The position numbers were made by a program, and so were the translations under genes. The notes beneath the pieces are model-generated. The model was not told the origin of the DNA and did no database searches. It was given only the letters and a program-made list of their open reading frames with translations. A stretch of 64,000 nucleotides of DNA from assembly GCA_964389375.1 (NCBI GenBank), contig CAYMDP010000007.1:8701-72700 (forward strand), given 5' to 3'. Each line of letters starts with the position of its first letter. Within the stretch, counting starts at the first letter, position 1. This stretch comes from an uncultured Pseudobdellovibrionaceae bacterium (lineage in GTDB: Bacteria; Bdellovibrionota; Bdellovibrionia; Bdellovibrionales; UBA1609). Below, piece after piece: positions 17,881 through 27,619 of this stretch.

Positions 17881-20091
17881 TTTTTCCTGACTATATATTT
17901 CTTCGTATTTTGACCAGTCCAAGGCGCCCTGATTGCAGCCACTGGTGACAAGGCCTCGAATTTCGTTCTGAGAATTGCCCAAAACAAGCTCAAAATAGTG
18001 TTTATGTACCCACACTTTACAGTTTAGTGCTCGGCCCAAACTCTGACCAAACTTCAGGTACTCTTGCTTCAGTCGAATCGGAGATTTGATATAGTATAAA
18101 GTGTTGTTAAACCAAGCGTTCGAGTGCCAAAAGATAAAGGATTCGTTTTTATCTAAGGATTGGGTGAACATATCGGGCTCAGAAACAAAATCAGCAGTTT
18201 TGAAGTGAGCCAAAGATATTTTTTTAAGGGTCTTAATGAATAGCTCCTGTTGTCCATTAAATGCCTCATCAACAACTGACTTAAGGTGCGAGCTAATTTC
18301 ATCCTCACTCAGTTGCCGATAGGTTTTTTCTTTTTTTGTTCTTGCGCCGATAAAATATTTTAACTTTTCGAACGAATCTATTTGGCCGAGGTCACTTATG
18401 AAATCAAGTGTTCGATTACTGTAATCGAGGAAAACAATCTTTTGCGGAGTCCGATCTTTCCAGTACTGCTCTAAAATTGCCGAAGGTTTAAAGCCAGCAG
18501 CGACAGAGTACAAGCAACTCGGTTTAAAGTTCTCAATAGAGACAAGATTTAATGGCTCATTGTTGAAATAATATACTTTGTCCTTAGCAAGGTTGAAAAG
18601 ATTCTGAATTTTTTTTCGGACGTCCTTAAGCTCTGGGGAGTTTTTTTTCTGAGGATAGGAGTAATGTTTTGTACTTCGTAGATCCTCATTGAGAGCAAGA
18701 ACTCGAAAGCCATCTTTTAGAGACTTTGAAATTAGATCGGTTCCCCAGCCAGGCTTTCCAAGAATCGAATCATCCTCAGGGACGCCCTCAATCCAATGGG
18801 GTGTGTAGTTGTCATGAAAGTTTTCTTTGCTGCGTCGATAGCCCCTAAAATTATAAAATGAGCTTGGGATTTGGAATTGGCCGAGCTTGGGTCCAATATC
18901 CTGTGTAAGATCTAAAATTGTCATTTGCTCATGAAGCTCAGGAAGCTGATTTTTGAAATCTAGAATATGACCCGCAAGAAAACTGTTCACAGATCGCATC
19001 GTCGAAATCATGCGGAGTGTTTCGTAAGTGAAAGTATAAGTGTCTGGTATGAAGGTCCCTGATGCTAAAATAACTTGGGCTTTTTTTGGCAAGCTCTGGC
19101 TAAGAAAGGCATCTAATTTAGATTTGGATAAAATCTGACAATGTAGGGGAAAAGTTCCGGCCAAAGTCATATTCTGGAGTTCTACAGCATTTGTGCTATC
19201 TACAAAGTGATCCGGCTCTAAAATCAACAGGTCGAATTCTCTCGCCATAATTTCTCGGTCCATGCCCTGGGTCTTCCAGAAGTCGATAAACTGGGAAGAA
19301 TTCTTTGCGGGGATTTGCTGTTGAGCTCGCTTAAGGATTACCTCTTGAGTTAACTCTTTAAAGTTGTGGACCTTATTTTGGTTTCTGGCAAACCTTACAA
19401 GCTCCTCTTCTTGAAATCGAATCGGCCCATCTATAATGATGTGTATACGGGGTTCTGAGCTGTTGTTTTCCACGTAGTGAAATTTTCCAACATTAATAAT
19501 CATCGCGGAGCCCGAGGTGAAAGGGATCTCTTGGGTCCAAGGGGTGTGGCGTCCGGACTGATCTGTCTCTATAAAGAACTCGCAGCCGACCGGATTGTTT
19601 AAAGCGATATTAATTCCTATTGCGAGTTCTCCGTCCGCCTGGTCTCGGTGGACATGAATTCTTGCTCCAGGTTCAAGCAACATAAAACGAATTCGACCAC
19701 ATTGTTCAAGGTCCGTAAAAGACTTCAAAAACTCCATGGTCTTTGGACAGCTGTCTGCAATTGGTGTTTGCATAAATACGGGGCGTTTAACTCGATAGTC
19801 GGTATGGTAGAGCGTCTTCTTTGGATCTCCTTCAAGACCTCTTAAGCAGAGGCTTTTCCATTGGGGCTCGAGGTTTTTAGTTTTCCGGTAGTTTCTGTGG
19901 GGAACGAACTCGTCCATCAAGGCCAGAGCTTCATTAAAGCAGGACCCGTAGTCGAATGAAACCGGTATTTCAAGATAAGGGCAAAGCTCCAAATGCCAAC
20001 GCATTTCTGTGAAGTAGGGAGAAGTGGCCTGAGGGGATTTAGTCGACTGGAGCATGCCCGAAAAACTATCAATAATTTCCAGGCCTCGCAA
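17845..20091 (-). CDS. 748-aa protein: N-terminal Asp/Asn beta-hydroxylase-like (cupin, 2OG/Fe(II)-type) domain fused to about 500 aa of unassigned sequence
   Basis: …FMLLEPGARIHVHRDQ…INVGKFHYVENNSSEPRIHIIIDG… matches the AspH/LpxO-family pattern as I remember it (xSxLxPGxxIxPHxD/G … H…N.S…R..L..D). No signal peptide. TTG start. Confidence 0.5.
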   Translation of the reverse strand: MRGLEIIDSFSGMLQSTKSPQATSPYFTEMRWHLELCPYLEIPVSFDYGSCFNEALALMDEFVPHRNYRKTKNLEPQWKSLCLRGLEGDPKKTLYHTDYRVKRPVFMQTPIADSCPKTMEFLKSFTDLEQCGRIRFMLLEPGARIHVHRDQADGELAIGINIALNNPVGCEFFIETDQSGRHTPWTQEIPFTSGSAMIINVGKFHYVENNSSEPRIHIIIDGPIRFQEEELVRFARNQNKVHNFKELTQEVILKRAQQQIPAKNSSQFIDFWKTQGMDREIMAREFDLLILEPDHFVDSTNAVELQNMTLAGTFPLHCQILSKSKLDAFLSQSLPKKAQVILASGTFIPDTYTFTYETLRMISTMRSVNSFLAGHILDFKNQLPELHEQMTILDLTQDIGPKLGQFQIPSSFYNFRGYRRSKENFHDNYTPHWIEGVPEDDSILGKPGWGTDLISKSLKDGFRVLALNEDLRSTKHYSYPQKKNSPELKDVRKKIQNLFNLAKDKVYYFNNEPLNLVSIENFKPSCLYSVAAGFKPSAILEQYWKDRTPQKIVFLDYSNRTLDFISDLGQIDSFEKLKYFIGARTKKEKTYRQLSEDEISSHLKSVVDEAFNGQQELFIKTLKKISLAHFKTADFVSEPDMFTQSLDKNESFIFWHSNAWFNNTLYYIKSPIRLKQEYLKFGQSLGRALNCKVWVHKHYFELVLGNSQNEIRGLVTSGCNQGALDWSKYEEIYSQEKSMKLDSQNITI

Positions 20092-20154
20092 TTAAAATGC
20101 TAGGACAAGGCAATGGACTCATCGGGCCAAAGGTCTGAATTTTTCCTTAAAGAA

Positions 20155-21705
20155 TCAAGAAATGCCAAGTTTCTCGAGAAGGATTTTTCCGAAGAGGGCG
20201 ATCTTCTTTTCTCCAAGTCCATAAACTCTTTCGAGCTCACTTTCAGATTTTGGGTTTTTATTCGCAATATCGCGCAGAGTTTTGTCGCTGAATACCATAA
20301 AGGCTGGGATATCTTTTTCTTTCGCATATTCTCTGCGCCACTCGCGAATGGCGTCCAGCATCCACTCTTGCTCTTTGGGAACAGCTCCAACCTCTGTTTT
20401 AGATTTTTTAGTAGATTTTGTTTTTAGGATTTTGCGTCCGGCCCGTGGGACAGAAAAGATTTCCTCGGGAATTTTACGAGGAGAATCTGGAGCGCAGGTG
20501 TCACAGTGGCCGCAATTTTTAATGCGCTTTTGATCCTTAAAATAGGTCAAGATATCCGCATGCCGACATTCCGAGCCTTCGGCATAAAAGGACATCGCTT
20601 TTAAAGCCGACCAGCGTTGATTTTTGATTCTTTGGTCAGCTTCGCTTTGAGTTATAAAGTAAGAATGAAGGCCTTTATCTTTTTTAGAATAAACCAAAAG
20701 GCAGGTTGCAGGTTTTCCGTCGCGTCCAGCGCGTCCGACTTCTTGGTAGTAGGATTCAATATTGCCTGGCATTTGGGTGTGCACCACAAGCCGTACATCC
20801 GGGCAATCGACTCCCATTCCAAAGGCGTTTGTAGCGGCTAGGATTCGCACGTCACCGCGGTGATAGCTTTGCTCCATTTGCGTTCGGTCTTCGCTAGAAA
20901 GGCCTGCGTGATAAAAGGCCACAGACTCACCGCGGGCGGCAAGGATCGAGGCCCATTCTTCAGTCATTTTTCGGGTGCCACAGTACAAAATGACTTTTCC
21001 CTCTGGCGTTTGCTTTAAAGCACTTAAAACGAAATTTATCTTCTCGTTTTCATCTGCGCAAAATTCGACCTGATAATACAAATTCGGGCGATAAAATCCG
21101 TAAACATGTTGGTCTGGATCCCTGAGGCCCAACTGTTTGATGATGTCGCGCTTAACGAGGGGAGTGGCTGTCGCAGTCAGACCTATCAATGGGACTTCGG
21201 GCTTTATTTTTCTTAAAAGCGAAAGTTGCGAATACTCGGGTCGAAAATCATGACCCCATTGAGAAACACAATGGGCTTCATCGACCGCAAACAGATTAAT
21301 GTTCTTCTGATGATGAAGCCAGGGAGCAAACCCGGGCTTTTGAATTCGTTCGGGAGACAGATAAAGCAAATAGTTTTCTTGGTCCTTCATCTGTTGAAAA
21401 ACTGATTTGTGTTCATTTAGGCTTAGACCTGAGTGAATACAACCGGCATGAAGGCCCAACTTTCTTAAGGCCTGGACTTGATCATTCATGAGGGCGATTA
21501 AAGGAGAGACAACAATAGTGATGCCGGGACTAGCGACCGCTGGAAGTTGATAACAAAGAGATTTACCGCCCCCTGTTGGCATGACGGCCAGAACATCTTT
21601 TTTTGCCAGGACGGACTCAATAATTGCCTTTTGTCCCAAGCGAAAACTAGACAGGTGAAATCGATCTTTTAATAGCCGAGAAAGAAGCTCCTGGTTTTCG
21701 TTCAT
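20155..21705 (-). CDS. recQ: ATP-dependent DNA helicase RecQ
   Basis: TGGGKS Walker A, DEAHCVSQWGHDFRPEY, a Zn-finger Cys cluster (CRH…CGHCDTC), and a C-terminal HRDC-like segment. Confidence 0.92.
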   Translation of the reverse strand: MNENQELLSRLLKDRFHLSSFRLGQKAIIESVLAKKDVLAVMPTGGGKSLCYQLPAVASPGITIVVSPLIALMNDQVQALRKLGLHAGCIHSGLSLNEHKSVFQQMKDQENYLLYLSPERIQKPGFAPWLHHQKNINLFAVDEAHCVSQWGHDFRPEYSQLSLLRKIKPEVPLIGLTATATPLVKRDIIKQLGLRDPDQHVYGFYRPNLYYQVEFCADENEKINFVLSALKQTPEGKVILYCGTRKMTEEWASILAARGESVAFYHAGLSSEDRTQMEQSYHRGDVRILAATNAFGMGVDCPDVRLVVHTQMPGNIESYYQEVGRAGRDGKPATCLLVYSKKDKGLHSYFITQSEADQRIKNQRWSALKAMSFYAEGSECRHADILTYFKDQKRIKNCGHCDTCAPDSPRKIPEEIFSVPRAGRKILKTKSTKKSKTEVGAVPKEQEWMLDAIREWRREYAKEKDIPAFMVFSDKTLRDIANKNPKSESELERVYGLGEKKIALFGKILLEKLGIS

Positions 21706-23405
21706 TAGTTCGTTGTCGACTCTGAAAGTAATTGTTTAGCGTGATCTAAAGAGGTCTTGGATATTTTTTCCCCGGAAATCAGGCGCGCAATTTCTTTGAC
21801 CCGATCTGCAGACTTCAGTGGTGCGACGTTCATTTGAACCCCATTTTTACTCGGAGATTTTTCAATTAAAAAATGGTGATCGGCAAATGCAGCAACTTGT
21901 GGAAGATGAGTGACACAAATGACTTGTTGGCCCTCAGAGATAGATCTTAACTTTCGTCCGACCTTTTCGGCAGTTAGTCCGCTGACACCCGTATCCACCT
22001 CGTCAAAAAGATAAGTTCGAGGCTGGTTAGAATGACCGACGACGCGCTTTAATGAAAGCAAGATACGGCTTAATTCTCCGCCACTGGCGACCTTTGCCAA
22101 GGATCTGGCCTCATCTTTTTTAGAGGCCTGAATCATAAACTCAACTTCGCTAAGGCCTGTCGAGTTCCACTGATCCATCTGATCTGCGCGCACCACAAAG
22201 GTCACGCCTTTCATGTTTAAATCCAGCAGCTCTTCGTTGACGCCTTTTTCTAAAAGCTTTGCGCCATTTTTTCGACGTTTATGCAGGTCCTCACCCAAAT
22301 TCTGAAGCTGCAAGTGGATTTTCTCTTTTTCAGCTTGAAGACTGACAAGCTGGCTGTCGGCGAGTTCAAGGCTCTCGATCTCGCTTTCGATCTCACGCAA
22401 GCTTTTCAGAATATCATCGGCGTCTCCACCAAACTTTTTTTGCAGTCGTCTTAGTGTCGACATTCGGGCCTCGACCTCTTCAAGCTCTTTGGGGTCTGCA
22501 TCTAGATTTTTTTCATAAGAGCGAAGCTCATAGACGCTGTCCTCAAGAAGACTTTTGGCTTGAGTCAGGTTTTCAGTCCATTTCGAAAGGCTTGGGTCCA
22601 AGTGGGTCAGCTCACTCGCACGCTGAAGGATCTGGTGGAGACGAACCAAAATCGAATCGTCTTCACTATAAATCATTCCTTCTGCAAGCTGGGCGAATTC
22701 GGTGAGGCGGGCGGAGTGTTTAATTCGATGGTATTTTTCTTCTAAGACCTTCTCTTCACCAACTTGTAAGTCCAGTCCGGTGATCTCGTCTCGCTGATAC
22801 TTTAAGAAATCAAGACGCTGATCACGACTTCGAGCGGCCTCCTGAATTTTTTCGATTTCAGTTTCAATCTCACTTAAGCGATGAAAGCCCTTTTCAAACT
22901 CAAGCCGAAGTGTCCAGCACCCCGAGTACTGATCTAAGACCTCAAGGTGATATGTCTTTGACTGAAGATTGCGGTTTTCATGCTGACCAGTCATCTCAAT
23001 CAAAGGGGCCGTATGTCCGGTGACCGTAATCAAGGGGCAGACAACATCGCGCAAGTTTGTGAGGGCCGAAAGCCTTCCATTGATATAGATTTTGCTTTTT
23101 CCTTGGCTAGAAACGACGCGGCGGACGATTAGGGAGTCGTCTTCAATTTCGATCCCCATTTCTTCAAGGCTTTTTTGAATGTCTTTTCTAGAAGTCAGGT
23201 CAAAGCAGCCTTCGATGACTGCCGAGTCCGCTCCTGAGCGAACGGTGTCGGCTAAGGCTTTTTCGCCCATCAACAAGGCTAAGCTTTTTAGAATGATTGA
23301 TTTTCCTGCTCCAGTTTCTCCGCTTAAAATATTTAAGCCGGATTTAAACGAAAGGCTGAGTGATTCGATAATCGCAAAATTTTTGACCTTGAGTTCGACC
23401 AACAT
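21705..23405 (-). CDS. recN: DNA repair protein RecN
   Basis: N-terminal LKVKNFAIIESL…GETGAGKSI, long coiled coil, C-terminal GGELSRI…LFDEVDTG. I prefer the internal ATG at 23405 (MLVELKV…) over the tracked 23486. Confidence 0.9.
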   Translation of the reverse strand: MLVELKVKNFAIIESLSLSFKSGLNILSGETGAGKSIILKSLALLMGEKALADTVRSGADSAVIEGCFDLTSRKDIQKSLEEMGIEIEDDSLIVRRVVSSQGKSKIYINGRLSALTNLRDVVCPLITVTGHTAPLIEMTGQHENRNLQSKTYHLEVLDQYSGCWTLRLEFEKGFHRLSEIETEIEKIQEAARSRDQRLDFLKYQRDEITGLDLQVGEEKVLEEKYHRIKHSARLTEFAQLAEGMIYSEDDSILVRLHQILQRASELTHLDPSLSKWTENLTQAKSLLEDSVYELRSYEKNLDADPKELEEVEARMSTLRRLQKKFGGDADDILKSLREIESEIESLELADSQLVSLQAEKEKIHLQLQNLGEDLHKRRKNGAKLLEKGVNEELLDLNMKGVTFVVRADQMDQWNSTGLSEVEFMIQASKKDEARSLAKVASGGELSRILLSLKRVVGHSNQPRTYLFDEVDTGVSGLTAEKVGRKLRSISEGQQVICVTHLPQVAAFADHHFLIEKSPSKNGVQMNVAPLKSADRVKEIARLISGEKISKTSLDHAKQLLSESTTN

Positions 23406-23469
23406 CCCTAGAATCCCCCTATTGAAATAATCCCCAAAAAAACCGCGGCCAGAATTCTCGGAGAATACA

Positions 23470-24375
23470 TTAGTTTCGGGCTCCAAATTTCAATTTTTCG
23501 CGCAAAAGATCAAAATAGTTATGAGTCGGATGGCGCAAAATAAAATGATCACAAGGGTGCCGCTCAATGAGGATTTCGTCTCGGTCAGAAATCTCGTCGA
23601 TCTTTTTTCCGTCGACGGTTAAAAATGCGCGCTGCTGACCTTCCCTTAAGCGAAAGACAATTTTTTTATGATCTGGAAGAATCAAAGGGCGATTGGTTAG
23701 GCTATGAGGGCAAATCGGGGTGACCACCAAAGAGTTCACCTCTGGGTGAAGAATAGGGCCTCCTGCAGCCAAGTTGTAAGCCGTTGAACCCGTCGGAGAA
23801 GCAATAATAATTCCATCCGCTTTCACCGAACTAATTAGATAAGAATCGATGCTGACATCGACATAGATTAAATGAGGGTGAGGCCCACGCTCTAAAACAA
23901 GATCATTCAATGCAGAGAGTTCTTTAATGACCTTGTTGCGTCGGCGCAATTTCACTTTCAAAACAGATCTTCGTCTTAACTCCATTTGTCCGTCGAGCAC
24001 GAGCTGAAGAGTCGCGTACATGTCTTCCACTCGAACGGCTGTTAAAAATCCCAGAGATCCTAAATTGACGCCGATAATGGGAATATGTTTTCCCTCAAGA
24101 AGGCGAACGGCTTGAAGGTAGGTTCCGTCCCCACCAAGAACGACAACTAAGTCGATTCGAGCCATCGATTTAAGGGGCGGAATTTTCTTCTTCTGAACTC
24201 GAATACTTTGTTTGGGGTGGGAAAAAGTCTTAATCTTTAACTCAGAAAACCACATGCTAAGCTCTGTGGCCATCTGCTCCGCTTCCGTCGTGCCCTCGCG
24301 ATAGACGATGAGGACGTTTTTGACCTTATCTTTAAATAATCTATAAGCTTTCTTCACGGCTTCAAGGACTCCCAA
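23470..24375 (-). CDS. nadK: NAD kinase
   Basis: GGDGT motif (VLGGDGTYL), the NDLV and SPTGSTAYNLAAGGP motifs. The start codon is uncertain (tracked start is TTG). Confidence 0.88.
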   Translation of the reverse strand: MGVLEAVKKAYRLFKDKVKNVLIVYREGTTEAEQMATELSMWFSELKIKTFSHPKQSIRVQKKKIPPLKSMARIDLVVVLGGDGTYLQAVRLLEGKHIPIIGVNLGSLGFLTAVRVEDMYATLQLVLDGQMELRRRSVLKVKLRRRNKVIKELSALNDLVLERGPHPHLIYVDVSIDSYLISSVKADGIIIASPTGSTAYNLAAGGPILHPEVNSLVVTPICPHSLTNRPLILPDHKKIVFRLREGQQRAFLTVDGKKIDEISDRDEILIERHPCDHFILRHPTHNYFDLLREKLKFGARN

Positions 24376-24416
24376 GACTCACAGGTTGCACTTTCGAACT
24401 TGATCACAAGCTTTGA

Positions 24417-26474
24417 CTACTCCGCCAGTCCGTCCCGACGAAGCAAAGCTTTCGGGTCAGGTTCTCTGCCACGAAAACGTTTGTAAAGCTCCATTGGGTG
24501 CTCGGTTCCGCCCCGTGATAAGATATGCTCTTTAAACTTTCCGGCGACTTCGGCATCGAACAAACCACGCTCTTTAAAATATTCGAAAGCATCCGCATCC
24601 AGAACTTCAGCCCACTTGTAAGAGTAGTATCCGGCCGAGTAGCCGCCCGCGAAGATATGCGAAAAGCTACATGAAACATTCGTGCCCTGGACGGGGGGAA
24701 TTAAAGTCGAGTTTTTAAGAGTCTCGAGTTCGAACTCCGGAACTGAGCGGATCTGAGAAGGTTCAACCGTGTGCCAGGCCAAATCAAGAGTCGAGAGGTT
24801 TGACTGGCGTAGGCCATACCAGCCCGACAAAAATTTTGAAGTCTCTTTGATCTTTTGAACGAGCGCATCTGGAATCGGCTCTTGCCTGAGGTAATGTTTC
24901 GCAAAGATCCGCAGACTTTCAGTCTCTTGAGTCCAATTCTCGAAAACCTGAGAGGGCAGCTCTACAAAGTCCCAGTACACATTCGTGCCCGAAAGAGAGC
25001 GATAGGTGCACTTCGAAAGCAGGCTATGAAGTGCGTGACCAAGTTCGTGAAACAAAGTTCGGACTTCATCAAAAGTTAACAAAGAGGGTTTGCTGGCGGT
25101 GGGTTTAGTAAAGTTACACACCACACTGACATGAGGTCTTGTGACTTTCCCCTGATACAGGCCTTGTTCGAGATAATTAGTCATCCATGCGCCTGATCGT
25201 TTTCCGGCGCGCGGGAAAAAATCCGCGTAAAGAAGACCTACGAAATCCTTGTCATTATTTTCCCAAACTTCAAACACACGGACATCGGGATGATAAACCG
25301 GGTACTCAGAGCTGGCCTTAAAATTTAGACCGTAAAGTTTACGGGCGTGCTCAAAGGCGCCGGCTTCCACATTTTCGAGTTTAAAGTAAGGACGAAGCTC
25401 TTCTTCATCGAAATTAAATTTCTCTTTCTTTAAGGCTTCAATCAGAAAGCCGACATCCCAAGGTTGAATCGGGCTTGGGAAGGATTTTGATTTTGCGAAA
25501 GTCTCGAGCATTTTCAAGTCTTTTTCTGCAGCCAGCTTATAAGACTTTAAAAGCGGTTCTAAAAAGGACCGTACTCGCTCGGGGCTTTCGGCCATGCGGC
25601 GCTCAAGTACAAATTCAGCGTGATTCTTAAAACCTAAAAGCTGAGCCCGCTCGTGACGAAGTCGAATTAGCTCCAGAATATTTTTTTGATTGTCACTGGC
25701 GGTATTAAAGGCGCGGCTGTTGTAAGCGCGATGAAGTTTTTCTCGGCCTTCGCGGTTTTCGCAATACTGAAGGTAGGGCAGTAAGGACGGAGCTTGCAGG
25801 GTAAAAAGCCACTGGCCTTTTTTGCCTTTTTCTTCAGCTGCGAGCGCTGCAGCCTCAAGAGCAGACTCCGGTAAGCCTTTAAGTCGATTCAAGTCGGTTT
25901 CCCAAAACTCGAAACTGTTTGTGTCTTTTAAAACATTGTCAGAAAACTCAGGCCCAAGTTTTGATAAGGTCTCGTCAATTTCGCGCAAACGATTTTTTTG
26001 TGTCTCAGAAAGTAAAGCCCCGTTACGAACAAATTCTTTATAAGATTTGTCTAAAAGTTCGCTCTGCTCCGTATTTAAACCCAACTGGGTTCTATTTTCG
26101 AAAAGTGTTTTAACTCGAGCGAAGATTTTAGAATCTAGGCTAATATCACTCGAAAAATTGGAAAGCCTTGGCCCCATTTCTTTTGCAAGTGCCTGGAGGC
26201 TTTCGTTGGTCTCTGCACTGAGCAAGTTATAAAACACACCAGATATCAGCTCAATTTTTTCGGACAAGGTTTCAAGGGCCAAAAGCGTATTCTCGAAGGT
26301 CGGAGGTGCGGATTGAGATTTTATCTGTTCAAATTTAAGCTTGGCTTCTTGAATCGCCTGATCAATCGCCGGGAGAAAATGTTCGGGCCGAATGTCAGGA
26401 AAAGAGATGGCTTTATGTTTATTTGGGGAAGCAAGCAGGAGCGGATTCTGGGATAATACATTGGTGTTTGTCAT
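24417..26474 (-). CDS. dcp: M3-family zinc metallopeptidase, peptidyl-dipeptidase Dcp-like
   Basis: HELGHALH (HExxH). The VYHPDVRVFEVW, DFFPRAGKRSGAWM and FSHIFAGGYSAGYYSY segments resemble E. coli Dcp as I remember it. Confidence 0.8.
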   Translation of the reverse strand: MTNTNVLSQNPLLLASPNKHKAISFPDIRPEHFLPAIDQAIQEAKLKFEQIKSQSAPPTFENTLLALETLSEKIELISGVFYNLLSAETNESLQALAKEMGPRLSNFSSDISLDSKIFARVKTLFENRTQLGLNTEQSELLDKSYKEFVRNGALLSETQKNRLREIDETLSKLGPEFSDNVLKDTNSFEFWETDLNRLKGLPESALEAAALAAEEKGKKGQWLFTLQAPSLLPYLQYCENREGREKLHRAYNSRAFNTASDNQKNILELIRLRHERAQLLGFKNHAEFVLERRMAESPERVRSFLEPLLKSYKLAAEKDLKMLETFAKSKSFPSPIQPWDVGFLIEALKKEKFNFDEEELRPYFKLENVEAGAFEHARKLYGLNFKASSEYPVYHPDVRVFEVWENNDKDFVGLLYADFFPRAGKRSGAWMTNYLEQGLYQGKVTRPHVSVVCNFTKPTASKPSLLTFDEVRTLFHELGHALHSLLSKCTYRSLSGTNVYWDFVELPSQVFENWTQETESLRIFAKHYLRQEPIPDALVQKIKETSKFLSGWYGLRQSNLSTLDLAWHTVEPSQIRSVPEFELETLKNSTLIPPVQGTNVSCSFSHIFAGGYSAGYYSYKWAEVLDADAFEYFKERGLFDAEVAGKFKEHILSRGGTEHPMELYKRFRGREPDPKALLRRDGLAE

Positions 26475-26688
26475 GTTCTGTGGATATCACATTCAACTCG
26501 CTTTGTGGAAACATTTTGCGGGCCTTTAGCCCCAAGTGAGGGAACTGTAAAAACAGTAAAATCCAACAGATGACAAGGATGGTCAAAAAGCCCATCAGTC
26601 CTACGAGGACCCGGGCTTTTTGGGGATGAAATGCGATGAAAATTTTAAACATCTGTTGACTGCCTCAGTTTGATTTCTAGAGAAAACT

Positions 26689-27330
26689 TTAGAAGCAAAC
26701 GCTTAAAGTGCCGCCGAAATACAAGGGTCCGAATTGAACACCGGCACCGGCTCCAGAGCAAACCGTTTGACAGTTGATTCCCGGAATACAGGTGTTGATC
26801 GTTCCTCCACCGTAGTATCCACCAGGCATTGATCCTTGGACTAGGTCTTGGCGCACACACACAATTCCATAACCTAAGTTTGCGGGAACATAAGAAGCGC
26901 CATAGATCATGCTCCATCCGCTACAATCGTTATAGTTGTAATTATGAGAGTAGTAGTAATATGGCATGATTTGGCCGTTTTGAATATCAAGGTAGCTTTG
27001 GTTACAGTTGACGATCTGATTCGCTTGATCCACGAAAGCTTGGCGTTGGTGATCATAGCGATAATAGATACAAAGATTCTGGTTGTTTGGGTTCACAGGA
27101 GTACAAGGGTTTCCGTTTTGATCCCGATAAGCTTGCGGATGATTTTGATAAAAACCACTCTGGGGCTGATAGGTACAAGTTGTTGTTGTTGGAGTCGTTG
27201 CGGTCACTCCGCCGCCTCCGCCGCTATCACTTTTTTTACCTGGGCAGGCCGTCACGCTGAGTGACAACATAAGGACCCCTAATATTTGTAGGGCGATCGA
27301 TTTGCCGCTTTTCAGATTTTGAGGTCTCAT
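26689..27330 (-). CDS. Q/N/Y/G/C-rich lipoprotein (function unknown)
   Basis: Lipobox LSVTAC. Gly/Thr linker, then a Gln/Asn/Tyr-rich body with about 10 Cys (…YYYYSHNYNYNDC…). Ends …SVCF. Confidence 0.65.
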   Translation of the reverse strand: MRPQNLKSGKSIALQILGVLMLSLSVTACPGKKSDSGGGGGVTATTPTTTTCTYQPQSGFYQNHPQAYRDQNGNPCTPVNPNNQNLCIYYRYDHQRQAFVDQANQIVNCNQSYLDIQNGQIMPYYYYSHNYNYNDCSGWSMIYGASYVPANLGYGIVCVRQDLVQGSMPGGYYGGGTINTCIPGINCQTVCSGAGAGVQFGPLYFGGTLSVCF

Positions 27331-27619
27331 ATTCTTTCTCCAGGTCTATAGGGTCCAATTTCAGTTTTGTTCCGAACCCCTGATAATCCAAGATTTATGC
27401 CGCGAAGGGATCTTACTCTTATGAGGCTCAAGTCGAAATAAGGAGCCAGGCGCGGCAGGGAGACTGACAATTTTGGGCCTTGATCAAGTAAATACGCCAA
27501 TTTTGGTCCTTCTATCTGCAGGACCTTAGGCAAGAAAAACCTCTGTGAATCAGGTTTATAGCATTTCGGGCAGTCAGTTTTTTGCACCGAAAACAAGCCC
27601 TTGAGAGGTCGTGGGATGA

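Noticed and set aside
15486-20154. Prophage or defence-island interpretation of the AT-richer 15.6-20.1 kb segment.
   Set aside because: I recognised no integrase, recombinase, tRNA, att-like direct repeats, nuclease/ATPase defence motifs or phage structural genes. It is kept only as an 'unassigned island' finding.
26419-26652. 77-aa ORF with one hydrophobic helix in the dcp-lipoprotein intergenic region.
   Set aside because: It overlaps the dcp start by 56 nt in another frame, and I noticed no convincing RBS. It could be a small membrane protein, but the evidence is insufficient to call it.
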